Positions 48,355 to 59,309 of a stretch of DNA of 64,000 nt are shown in pieces. Each line of letters opens with the position of its first letter. Positions within the stretch are counted from its first letter, which is position 1. The DNA is from Yuukianura sp. NJ FZ-2021 (lineage: Eukaryota): NCBI GenBank assembly GCA_046563655.1, contig CM102289.1, forward strand, positions 1,612,001 to 1,676,000, read 5' to 3'. The notes beneath the pieces were generated by a model, which searched no databases, was not told where the DNA came from, and saw only the letters and a list, made by a program, of their open reading frames with translations. The position numbers and the translations under genes were made by a program.

Positions 48355-49914
48355 TTAGACAGTAAGGATGAGGGTGATGACATTCTGGAGTACAATGTCT
48401 CCATAAATAGTGAGAAGATAGGCTTTGGTATCCAAGACAAAGTGTTCTCCAACTTTGAGTTCAATTGGCTTTCTTGAGATCCAAAATTTTTTAGAGAATA
48501 GCGTAGAGTTGCGTAACATAAATTTACCAGCTCTGATACACTTGCTTGAATTGTCGCGACAGGCAACAGCCAAGCTGATTGTCTCCGTCATGATAAAGAC
48601 AATTACTACGGTTATCATCATGAAAAATATAAGCATGGTAAGGTATTGCATATTGAGTAATTTAACAAAAGTATAACCAAATAATATGAGTGTTATAATT
48701 GCTGTGTACAGAATAAATTGGACGACGCCCGCAAATACATCATTGCCAAACCTGTTCATGACTTGGTGACATGCGTATAGAGAACTCTGCTGGTCCAGCT
48801 TTGTGTCGTCTTCTATAGTTTTTCTATCCAGACAACATACAGGTGAGTCTACAACTTAGGAACTGGGCAAAATACATTACAAATGGCCATTGCACAAACG
48901 GGGGTAGAAAATTTTCTTACTCTGAGGTACTATTGTCATTGCAAAATCCAACCAATTTTGGATTCATTTTGTCTGCTTACCTCGTGTGTAACCCCTACAA
49001 TTTTGTATTGTGAATTGCCATTTGTTTTATATTTTGCCCAGTTTCTAAATTACAGACACTCCTGTATTTTTTTTGTGCTTTTTTACAATTTAAAATTGAA
49101 CATACATATTACTACCTCAATTTTTGAAGCCAAAGGCGGGTTGCATTGGTGTATAGCAGGGAACAGTTAGCAAAGAGGACAACAGCCAACGCTCCATTGA
49201 GATATTGCACAGATATGATTAGCAGCACGATTATACTTACTGTAGTAACGACAAGTTGCTCTTCTATTCCAAAACAATGGACCATAATTGTTTTCATTAT
49301 GAGATAATACGTTTGACTAATTTGGGTGTCGATGAATACAAAAAATATTATATTCCCCGGTATGAAAAATATTAGGCCATTGAACAACATCATATAAAGT
49401 ACTTTTATCACAACTTCGCACCCATCTTTTTCCTTCAAATTTAGCGGCAACTTGTAAGATTTGACTAAGGACAAAATCAAAATTAACCTTAATTCGAAAC
49501 CTATACTAATTACAGATTAAGGAAATAGTATGAAAAATGTAAATTCGTATGATGAAACTCACGTAGTCCATTATTGAATTGCATGAATGTTGAGAGAATT
49601 GACATTTGTTCACTGAGTGTAAAATGCCACATTTGCATTCCAAACAGCAATACCGTAATAGCAACTCCCCCAATCATAAACACCATCGCCGCTTTTTCAT
49701 GGCGTAAAAGTACAGCAGACACAATACAGATTAAAAAAGCGAGGAAATTTGTCATAAGACTCACTGCTGTAATGGCCTTGGAAATAATTTTGTTCTTACT
49801 TTCAATTGTTATTAACTCATTGCCTTGAAGTACAATTTTAAAATTATATGTCTTCAATTTGTAGCCATCCTGAAACAATTTTAGTGCATATTTCCACGTT
49901 TGTTCCGATAACAT
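48355..49914 (-). CDS. GR-like 7TM chemoreceptor, family B copy 3 (exons 49914-49563, 49500-49116, 48823-48355; 401 aa)
   Basis: In-frame splicing (1206 nt); paralog of 40544-42303. Confidence 0.82.
48840..49064. mobile_element. 225-bp Tc1/mariner-type MITE in intron 2 of copy B3
   Basis: TA TSD (48838-39, 49065-66), CAGG termini, ~55-bp imperfect TIRs (caggtgagtctacaacttaggaactgggcaaaata / caggagtgtctgtaatttagaaactgggcaaaata). Absent in the B1 intron. Confidence 0.8.
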
Positions 49915-50909
49915 TTTCTAATGTTGTCCATATGTTACAATTCAAAATGGAATTTCAATATTTCGATTTCTAAGATACCTGAGTGTACTGAATGGTAATG
50001 GTACGGAAAAGAGAATGGTATACATAACACCCAGTTCCTAAAATTAATCTACGTCAATGGTGACGCCCATTTAGGTTATATAAAGTTATAACATAATTTA
50101 AAAGCAGCTTCCTGCTATTTGGCAGCATTAAATTTTGACGAATTAAGAGTGCTAGAAAAGTGAAAAGTTTGGCATAGAAGTATGGAACAGGAAATTAAAT
50201 TTTATGGGTTATGTCTCTTCTAAACATAAAAAAATATCATCGGATAATCCGCGTATACAAAAGTATGAAAAGATAGCATTGGTCATGTACCTATATACAG
50301 TAATATATCGTAAATTTAACATTCACCGTAATATCAACTGACTCTTAGATGGACAGACAGACAGACAAGATCATTGCATAAAGTAACTTTTACTGGCTGA
50401 TAGATAAAATTGAAATGTAAAAAAACTTTACAGAATTTGAATTCCGTCTAAATTGGTATTTCGATGTGGGAAGTTTGTTGGCAATTTCAGTTTCCATGGA
50501 AGCCGATGCCAAGTGCAAACCCATTTTGTGTTTGAATTGAATAATTTAGCGATTTCCTTTTAAGTTCAACATTTTTAATTAGTTTTCACAAAGGCAAGTA
50601 GGGCATTCAAATAAAAAAAAATTAAAATCTACTCCAACGGCGTTCATTAGGAAAAAGTTTAATAAAATATTAAGCCAACCCTACACTGGCCGCCGACCAC
50701 GGTTTTGTTTTCGTATTCGTTTTTGAGGATTTTAATTTTTATTTAAACAAAATTTAACATTGCCGTTCGGAAAATGCCTTTTAAAAAAATTTGAAAAAAA
50801 GTGCATTAAAATTTTTGTGAGTGGCAAAAATAGCTCCGTCTTAATGTCGAGCTATACATAAAAATTTGTGATAAAAATTTATATTTATTTATATATATAA
50901 TCATTATAT

Positions 50910-52469
50910 GAATGCTTTCGTGGAAAAACCACCAAACAGAATTTATATTTCACTTAGCTACGAAAAGTTTGTTTGTAAACAAACTTATAAACAAGTCTGC
51001 AAACAAAGATGACGGATCCTCTGCAGAAAAACTTTTCAAAGTTTTTGAAAGTGAGATTTCGTTTTGAAGTTTTCATTGTTTTTTGTTACATATTTTCGCA
51101 GTTAACTTTAGTAAGAAATTTGGAAGGTGGAAAGGTAGTTTTAACTCCGAATAGCATAAATCAGTTAAATGTTAGTAAAAAAAAGGAAGTGTAGTGTTCT
51201 GGATTGGAAGTCCAATCAAGCTAAGACGCCGAGGAACGCTGGAGAACCCTATTTGAACAAAGCTGGACATTGGACAATCAAAACCTGGAGTCACAACACC
51301 TTCAGGGGTAAGCTTGACAAAACGTCTGCAACACGACCGTTTTTAATTCGTTATTTTTTTAGGGATATGCTTGTGGTATCCGCTGTACTTTACCCTACTG
51401 CACGATGGATCCAGAACAGAGTTGTATGTGGCGACACAAGGCTGCTCACTTCCTCACTCTTGTATATTTCTCAAAGGTGAGATTTATCACACTTGACCTT
51501 TGACCTAGCATGTTGACCTTAGCTAAATCAAGCAGTGACATAGGCATGTGACATGTCCTTTGAAGTGGGACATAATGTACACTCAAGTCCTGCATAACTC
51601 TACTCTCTACGACTATTGACCTCTGACCTTGCATGTTGACCTTAGCTGAATCAAGCGGTGACATCGGCATGTGACATGTGCTTTCAAATAGGACATAATA
51701 TACACTTGAAGGAGGATGTTGACCCTTGCGAAAAATTGAACCTCCGTAATGAGTGAACTTTGACCCATGACCTCTAAATAAAATTCGTTTTTTTAGATTA
51801 CCCATAAATTTATGGCAACCGGTCATTCCTTTGTTCCCTGCGACAGGGAATTTGCTCCAATCGAAAAGTTAAAAACAGCAAAGATTTACGAACCGAAGGA
51901 CTGGATTAGAAAATTGAAAGAAGCTAAACCTTCCAATTATATGTACGAGATGACGGCAGCAGATTTGAAATCGTTTGAGGGAATTTGCCGCAATTTTCCA
52001 AGACCTCTACTTTCAGAATCACTGAAATAATGGCCAACAAATTAAAGCGAAATCGGAGAGACCAAATTTACTCAAGGATTACGCATGAATCGGACACATC
52101 CTGGGATGAACACGTCGTTCCCCCGAGCCCTCAACCTTTTAATCAGCTTCTGCTGCCTGCGAAATACAATGGCCCTAAACCAATTTCTCAAGCGAAAAAG
52201 GAAGATCTCTTGAAGATGGCCCAGTTCGTTCCACAACCTCATAGGTTATTTTATAATACTACATTGTAAATTATGGAATTCTTGGCGATATGAGATTTTA
52301 TCGGTAGAAAATAAAAATATCTACATTTTCGAAAGAAAAATCTGAAAACCCCAATTTTTCGTTACCAAGAGGACGACAGGATGACTACTTTATACTTCGA
52401 GATGATCCCATTTGGCAACGGTGATTTTTTTTGAAAATTCTGTTTGGTGGTTTTTCCACGAAAGCATTC
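50910..52469 (+). mobile_element. Sola1-like DNA transposon, internally deleted and frameshifted (1560 bp)
   Basis: Perfect 35-bp TIR gaatgctttcgtggaaaaaccaccaaacagaattt, 4-bp ATAT TSD. Transposase relics GHSFVPCDREFAPIEK and PISQAKKEDLLKM. Nested ~123-bp tandem duplication at 51493-51710. Confidence 0.8.
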
Positions 52470-52926
52470 ATATCATATAATCATAAAACTAATAACCATT
52501 TGTATTATACACTTCTTGTGTTGAAAACTCACTATAGACGGTTCATACGCGAAGAAAGAAAAGTACTACGCCTTTTCTTGGATTAAAATCGGTTATTAAA
52601 AGTTCTCAGCACTAAAGTTTGGAAAGATATCGAGAACGATCATAACTTTAATTCAAGTTAACGTGCCTTTTCCATGCTAAAAAACCAATCTAGTATAATG
52701 CATTTGCTATTGTTCATAATCACTCCCGTTTAAAATTTAGCCAATGAATTTTATTAAAGTTTAATAAAATTGTCGACACGAAGTGTTTCAAATTTTATTA
52801 ACACTTTTTGGAACGAGCCGAAATTCCATTTCCCAGTTTTTCAGTATGTGAATGCCAACTTCGTATGAGAGTAGAAACGAGCAAGAAAGGTAAGTTTCCG
52901 CTCAATTTGTTTTTTTGGTTGCAATT

Positions 52927-55386
52927 ATGGAGGTGAGTTTCAATACAACCAAAAACATTTTTGGAATAACTTTAGCACTAGTATTTATTTGTGTAACCAA
53001 TTCTACGTTTTCTCCAAACTCACATCAAGTTCAACTGGAAATTTTAACATTTTTCAATAGTTGTTGGACTGAATTTGTTGTCGTAAATCCTAAAAGGAAC
53101 GACATTCTGGGACAATGCCAAGTCAATGCATCGTTAGATTTCCCACTAGTTTTGACTTTTGATTCTAAACCAAATGGGCCCGGATTCAAAAGTTTGGCGG
53201 TAAACCAAACTTTGAAACTCAAATTTAAATGTCTCGCTGTCATTTACTGTGGAATTGACAACAGAGACACTCTAAGTACAAAGTACGACGGCACAAATTT
53301 TCATAAAAGTATACAACGTTACACAAATTTGGCAACTGGCGATGCGGATGACCCGACGCGCGTAACGAAACAGCGAAGCAACGACATGTATTGGTACAAT
53401 CGCCTATTCAAAACGCAAAACAGCTTCATTGTGTCGATTGCCGAACAAAAAATTTCTCAAAGACTTTTTTACTATTTCAAAATAAATTGTCGATGTACAG
53501 TAATCCAGGTCGGCATGAATCCAAACAGTACAGTTGAACTAGAACTCATGAAAATTATGTACGAAACGGAATTCACCCTTTCCAATCAAATTTCACACTT
53601 CACGTTAGGCGTACAGGCTATTCACAATGTTTGGCTGAACAAGATTAGCGGTGTGTTTAAAAATAAAACAAAAGTGTTCAAACTAACTTCCATGAATGAA
53701 ATTGGAATTCGGCGGCACTGTGTCGCTTCAACACCGGCTCCGTCAATTCTACTCAACCCCGCGGAACTTAAATTTTCAAACTACCATTTTGCCTACTTAC
53801 TCATCGATTTCCTTTCTGCTGGAAAATATAAAGTGGCCTATGTTGTTACACATACATTGAATTCATTTTCGGACAGAGGACAACACGGAAACAAATCCTG
53901 TTTCCCGCCATTTACGCTAAATGTTGCCACCGGACCCAACCTTTTTGCAGGAGCAAATATTATTCTGTTCCGTGACGTTACTGTACACGACTATAAACTT
54001 ATTTTGGACATATCAACGGATATAAACGCTTGGAGAAGATTCATGACGATACTGCCGCTGACTATGACGTTCATTCCGAGTACTTACGGAAACGTATATA
54101 ACTTTCTAACGTGTGACGGTAAGTATGCGTCTGAAAATCCATATGAAATGTACATAAAAGGATTTGACGCAATAGTTTGGGCCGTACTTGCCTTAACAAT
54201 TATTGTAGTACTCCTTTTTACTTCTTTCTTAATCTGGAAACTCAAATCACAAGACACCCCGTGGCTAATAATTTTTGCCTCTCTACTCGAAATTTCACCG
54301 CAAATGACAACTAAGTTGGCGGCAAATCGTCACTACTCCTTTGTGGCCATTCCAATGATTTTCCTTTGTCTTTTGTTGTCCAATGGCTACAGAGGATCAC
54401 TCACAGCAAGACTTGCTTTGGCTCCACCGTGGAAGGGACTTGAAACGTTCGAGGACGTGATGAACAACAACTACTCCATTCTTAGTAAAACTGCTCTATC
54501 GGCGTTGACTATGTTTCAAGTACTGTGTAAGCTAAATGGTCATTCTGACTCTGATTTAGACAGAACCAAAAGTTACTTTGAATTTTTGGCTCGCCTCTCC
54601 CATTCATTTGACCTCAGTAACAACACTTCGCCGGAAAAAAAATTAGAATACATTGCCTTGTTCAATCGTGTCTTGAATCAACTCAGATATGCAAAAGGTT
54701 TCCAGAACTACAATTGCTCTATCAAACAAGCAATTGAGAACACCCACCCCAACACATTTATCCTAGACGAAATCAAAGACTGTAGCAAAACAGTCTATGC
54801 TTTGTCCAATGAAGATGTCCTTTTATCCCATTTTAGAAAAACTTTTGAAAATGGAACTCGAAAAGCTGCTTATTTTGGTAAACTTGGAAGAAAAGAAATG
54901 AAGCCGTTTCACTTTGGAAATAGACAGTACTTGATATCTCTAATGGAAGAAGACTACGACAATCTCTACATCAAATCCAATGTAGATGCGCTCTCTACCG
55001 GTGGTTTTCTGCACTACTGGGAAACCCTAAGAACATACCAGGGCAGAATGAATTTTGAAATTGACGAGATAGAGTTTCAGCGGGAAATGGCAAAAGTTGT
55101 TCCGTTGGGACTAACTGAAAAATTTGGAACGATTTTTTTCTTGTTTCTGGGGGGAATTACAGTGTCATTTTCGATAATGCTTAAAGAGTGCAGAGGCGTT
55201 TTTGCCAAGAAGCTGCTCAAAGTACCTGGATTTTATTGTGAAACAAAAACACGTGTAACTTTAGTAGTTGAAAATTTAAACCTCACAAACATTAAAACAA
55301 CAATTAGGTTAACGGTGTTGCACACGCTTAGGTCGATTTATTGGAAATTTTACTGCAAAAGGGTGGTAAAACATGCTAAGTCCTGA
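52927..55386 (+). CDS. Divergent ionotropic receptor, intronless, copy 3
   Basis: Intact ORF; YNFLTCDG, GFDAIVW, LLSNGYRGSLTARL, M4 PLGLTEKFGTIF. Confidence 0.82.
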   Translation: MEVSFNTTKNIFGITLALVFICVTNSTFSPNSHQVQLEILTFFNSCWTEFVVVNPKRNDILGQCQVNASLDFPLVLTFDSKPNGPGFKSLAVNQTLKLKFKCLAVIYCGIDNRDTLSTKYDGTNFHKSIQRYTNLATGDADDPTRVTKQRSNDMYWYNRLFKTQNSFIVSIAEQKISQRLFYYFKINCRCTVIQVGMNPNSTVELELMKIMYETEFTLSNQISHFTLGVQAIHNVWLNKISGVFKNKTKVFKLTSMNEIGIRRHCVASTPAPSILLNPAELKFSNYHFAYLLIDFLSAGKYKVAYVVTHTLNSFSDRGQHGNKSCFPPFTLNVATGPNLFAGANIILFRDVTVHDYKLILDISTDINAWRRFMTILPLTMTFIPSTYGNVYNFLTCDGKYASENPYEMYIKGFDAIVWAVLALTIIVVLLFTSFLIWKLKSQDTPWLIIFASLLEISPQMTTKLAANRHYSFVAIPMIFLCLLLSNGYRGSLTARLALAPPWKGLETFEDVMNNNYSILSKTALSALTMFQVLCKLNGHSDSDLDRTKSYFEFLARLSHSFDLSNNTSPEKKLEYIALFNRVLNQLRYAKGFQNYNCSIKQAIENTHPNTFILDEIKDCSKTVYALSNEDVLLSHFRKTFENGTRKAAYFGKLGRKEMKPFHFGNRQYLISLMEEDYDNLYIKSNVDALSTGGFLHYWETLRTYQGRMNFEIDEIEFQREMAKVVPLGLTEKFGTIFFLFLGGITVSFSIMLKECRGVFAKKLLKVPGFYCETKTRVTLVVENLNLTNIKTTIRLTVLHTLRSIYWKFYCKRVVKHAKS

Positions 55387-56467
55387 AAGGAGAACGGCCA
55401 AAACCCTATCAAAAGTCGCCCCGGTGGTATTCGAATGAAATTTTTGGCAGTGGCTCAGGTCGATATGAGGATCATATTTGCAAATTTTCAGTCCCCCAGA
55501 AATGATAGGTCAAGGGTTACGTGGGGTCAAAGGTCACCATGTCATCTTATGACGATCCCATGCAAGTAGCATATTGTTGGAACCGGCTTACACTATACAT
55601 AACACCACGCTCCTAAAATTAATCTATGTGAATGGCAACGCCCATTAGGTTGTATAACGTTATAACATAATTTAGAAGTCAGCTTCCTGCTATTTGGCAG
55701 CATAAAATTTTGACGAATTAAGAATGCCACAAAAAGAAAAGTTTGGAATAGAAGCATGGAACAGGAAATTAAATTTTATGGGCTATGTCTCGTCTAAACA
55801 TAAAAGAAATATCACCAGATCCATCCGGGTATACAAAAGTATTAAAAGACGGCATTGGTCATGCACCGATACACTGTAAGATATCGGAAGTTTCACATTC
55901 ACGTACGTAATATCAACTGACTGTCGGATGGACAGACAGACAGACAGACAAGATCATTGCATAAAGTTACTTTCACTGTCTAATAGATAAAATTTAAATG
56001 TAAAACACAGTTTACAGAATTTGAATTCCGTCTAAATTTTCGATGTGGGAAGGTTGTTGGCAATTTCAGTTTCCATGGAAGCCAGTACATCAGGATAGAA
56101 GGTTCATAAGCGAAGAAAGAAGAGTACTACGCCTTTTTCTGGATTAAAATCGGTTATTAAAAATTCTCAGCACGAAAGTTTGGAACGATACCCAAAACGA
56201 TCATGACTTTAATTCAAGTAAGAAACATGCCATTCTCATGCTAAGAAGAAAACAATCTATAATGTATATGCTAATTTTCATAATCACTACAGTATAAATT
56301 TAGCGATTGAATATTATTAAAATTTAAGAAAATTGTCGACATGAAGCAATGCAAATTATATTAAAACTTTTTGGAACGAGCCGAAATTCCAGTGAATGCC
56401 AACTTCGTATGAGAGTCGAAACGAACAAGATAGGTAAGAATTTCCGTTCAATTTATTTTTTGCAATT

Positions 56468-58840
56468 ATGGAGGTGATTTTCAATACAACCAAATTCATT
56501 TTTGCAATAACTTTAGCACTAGTGTTTATTTGTGTAACCAATTCTACGTTTTCTCCAAACTCACATCAAGTTCAAGTGGAAATTTTAACATTTTTCAATA
56601 GTTGTTGGACTGAATTTGTGGTCGTAAATCCTAAAAGGAACGACATTCTGGGACACTGTCAAGTCAATACATCGCTAGATTTCCCACTAGTTTTAACTTT
56701 TGATTCAAAACCTAATCGGCCCGGATTCAAAAGTTTGGCGGTAAACCAAACTTTGAAACTCAAATTTAAATGTCTCGCTGTCATTTACTGTGGAGTTGAC
56801 AACCGACAAACTATTATAAAGTACAACGACACAAATTTTCATAGAAATATACAACGTTACCCACATTTGGCAACGGGAGATGTGGCTGATCCGACCAGAA
56901 TAAATAACCGGAGTGAAGACTTGCTGTGGTACAATCGCCTTTTCAAAACGCAAAACAGCTTTGTTGTGTCAATTGTGGAACAAAACATTTCTCAAAGACT
57001 GTTTCACTTTTTCAAAATTGAATGTCGGTGTACCGTAATCCAAGTCGGTATGAACCGAAACGCTACCGTTGAATTTGAACTCATGAAGCTCATGTACGGA
57101 ACCGAATTTACGGTTTCGAAACAATTGTCTGACTTGACCTCAGGCGTACAGGCCATTCACCATGTTTGGTTGGACAAAATTAGTAGTTTATTTAAGAATG
57201 CTACAAAAGTTTTCAAAATGTTTTCGGCGATTGAGCTTGGAATTAATTACCACTGTGTCGCCTCAGCACCGACTCCGTCTATTCTATTGAAGCCCACAGA
57301 ACTTAAATTTTCAAACTACCATTTTGCCTACTTACTTATCAATTTCCTTTCATATGGAAAATATAAAGTGTCATATGTAGTTGGGATTGCAACCGATTCA
57401 AAATCGGGCATTCGAGACCAAGGAAACGGAACCTGTTTTTCACATCAAAAGTTAAATTACACCACCGGACCCAGACTTTTTGCAGAAGTAAATACTATTG
57501 TTTTCCGTGACTTTACTGTGCAAGACTACTCAGATCTGTTTTCCAGACCAACCGATTCAGAAAGTTGGAAAATATTCATAACGACACTTCCGATGACAAT
57601 GACGGTCATTCCGAGTACATATGGAAACGAGTATAACTTTATAACGTGCGACGGTAAGTATGCGTCCGAACATCCATATGAAATGTACATTAAAGCATTT
57701 GACACAACAGCTTGGGTAGTAATTGCCTTCACAATTGGTGGAGTTTTAGTGTTTACATCCGTTTTAACCCGGAAACTCAAATCACAGGACAAACCGTGGC
57801 TAATAATTTTTGCCTCTCTACTGGAAATTTCACCTCAAGTAACAACTAAATTAGCAGCAAGCGTTCACTACAACTTTGTGGCCATTCCAATGATTTTCCT
57901 TGGACTTTTGTTCTCCAATGGCTATAGAGGGTCGCTCACAGCTAGACTTACGTTGGCACCTCCTTGGAAAGGGGTTGACACTTTTGATGAAGTGATGACC
58001 AACAACTACTCCATTCTTAGTAAACATCTCTTTGCAGCTCATAAAATGTTTGTAATTGAATGCCACACGAGAAGTTACAGTGACACTGATCGCAGCAGCG
58101 CTAGATCTTATTTTGATTTTTTGGTTCGCGTCTCAAATTCATTTCACAACATGGCTATCATTTCACCGGAAAAGAAAGAGGAATACACTGCTTTGCACAT
58201 GCGTCTCTCGAATCAAGTCAGATTTCCAAAAGGTTACCAAAACTTCAATTGCTCAATCACAGACGCCATACCTTCCCTTGGCCTCGACAAAGTTTTACAA
58301 GCAATTGCAAACATGCACCAAAACAATTTCATTCTAGACGAGCTCCAAAATTGTAGTAAAACAGTCTATGCTCTGCCGAATGAAGATGTATTTTTAACCC
58401 ATTTTAGAAAAACTTTCGAAAATAGAACTCGAAAGGTTGCTTATTTTGGTAAACTAGACAGGAAGGAAATGATGCCGTTTCACTTTGGAAGTAGACAATA
58501 CTTGATATCTCTAATGGAAGAAGATTATGACAACCTGTATATTAAATCCAATGTAGATGCGCTCTCTACCGGTGGGTTTTTGCACTATTGGGAAACTCTA
58601 AGAACATACCACGGCAAAAGGAATTTTGAAATTGACGAAATAGAGTTTCAGCGGGAAATGGCAAAAGTTGTCCCGTTGGCAATAACTGAAAAATTTGGAA
58701 CGATTTTTGTGCTGTTTCTTGGGGGAATTGCAGTGTCATTTTTAATCATATTTAAAGAAATTGTTTTCACTGATAAACTGCTGAAAGAACTTGGATTGTG
58801 TTGTCAAGGGAAAATGTTGGTAACATATTTGAAAAAGTAA
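56468..58840 (+). CDS. Divergent ionotropic receptor, intronless, copy 4 (790 aa)
   Basis: Intact ORF with the same motifs; closest to copy 2. Confidence 0.85.
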   Translation: MEVIFNTTKFIFAITLALVFICVTNSTFSPNSHQVQVEILTFFNSCWTEFVVVNPKRNDILGHCQVNTSLDFPLVLTFDSKPNRPGFKSLAVNQTLKLKFKCLAVIYCGVDNRQTIIKYNDTNFHRNIQRYPHLATGDVADPTRINNRSEDLLWYNRLFKTQNSFVVSIVEQNISQRLFHFFKIECRCTVIQVGMNRNATVEFELMKLMYGTEFTVSKQLSDLTSGVQAIHHVWLDKISSLFKNATKVFKMFSAIELGINYHCVASAPTPSILLKPTELKFSNYHFAYLLINFLSYGKYKVSYVVGIATDSKSGIRDQGNGTCFSHQKLNYTTGPRLFAEVNTIVFRDFTVQDYSDLFSRPTDSESWKIFITTLPMTMTVIPSTYGNEYNFITCDGKYASEHPYEMYIKAFDTTAWVVIAFTIGGVLVFTSVLTRKLKSQDKPWLIIFASLLEISPQVTTKLAASVHYNFVAIPMIFLGLLFSNGYRGSLTARLTLAPPWKGVDTFDEVMTNNYSILSKHLFAAHKMFVIECHTRSYSDTDRSSARSYFDFLVRVSNSFHNMAIISPEKKEEYTALHMRLSNQVRFPKGYQNFNCSITDAIPSLGLDKVLQAIANMHQNNFILDELQNCSKTVYALPNEDVFLTHFRKTFENRTRKVAYFGKLDRKEMMPFHFGSRQYLISLMEEDYDNLYIKSNVDALSTGGFLHYWETLRTYHGKRNFEIDEIEFQREMAKVVPLAITEKFGTIFVLFLGGIAVSFLIIFKEIVFTDKLLKELGLCCQGKMLVTYLKK

Positions 58841-59309
58841 AACTTGGGTAACAATTAGTTTTAACGAAGTTGTGTCCGTTTTCGTTGATTTTTTTAATTA
58901 GCTTTCAAACTATGTTGAATGTACTGGTTTTCGCAACGTTTGTTTTCAGCATAGATTTTTCGTTTGCATTCCTTGGAAGTTTACCTCAAATTTCTTTATT
59001 TCATGCTTAAAACGATTTTTTATATAATCAATATATTATATTCAGAATGCTTACATTTCGTGCTAAAACCGTTTCACTTCTTTTCATGAAAATTATATAT
59101 TTACAAGGTTTACATTTCATGCTGAAAGAAACTTTAGGAAATACCATTGCCCCCTGAGCATGGTTATCATGAACTAGCTCTTCACGAACACGGACATATT
59201 TGGGAAAGAATTTAGTTACTGGCAGAAGTCACGAACTTGCAAATTGAAGCAAATGCCCATTTTAACACATACTTACAACAAACACAAACGTCTATTTAGC
59301 TTAGCTACC

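Noticed and set aside
51446..51826. 126-aa ORF with duplicated TCHMPMS..VNM.GQRS
   Set aside because: Product of a ~123-bp tandem repeat nested in the Sola element.
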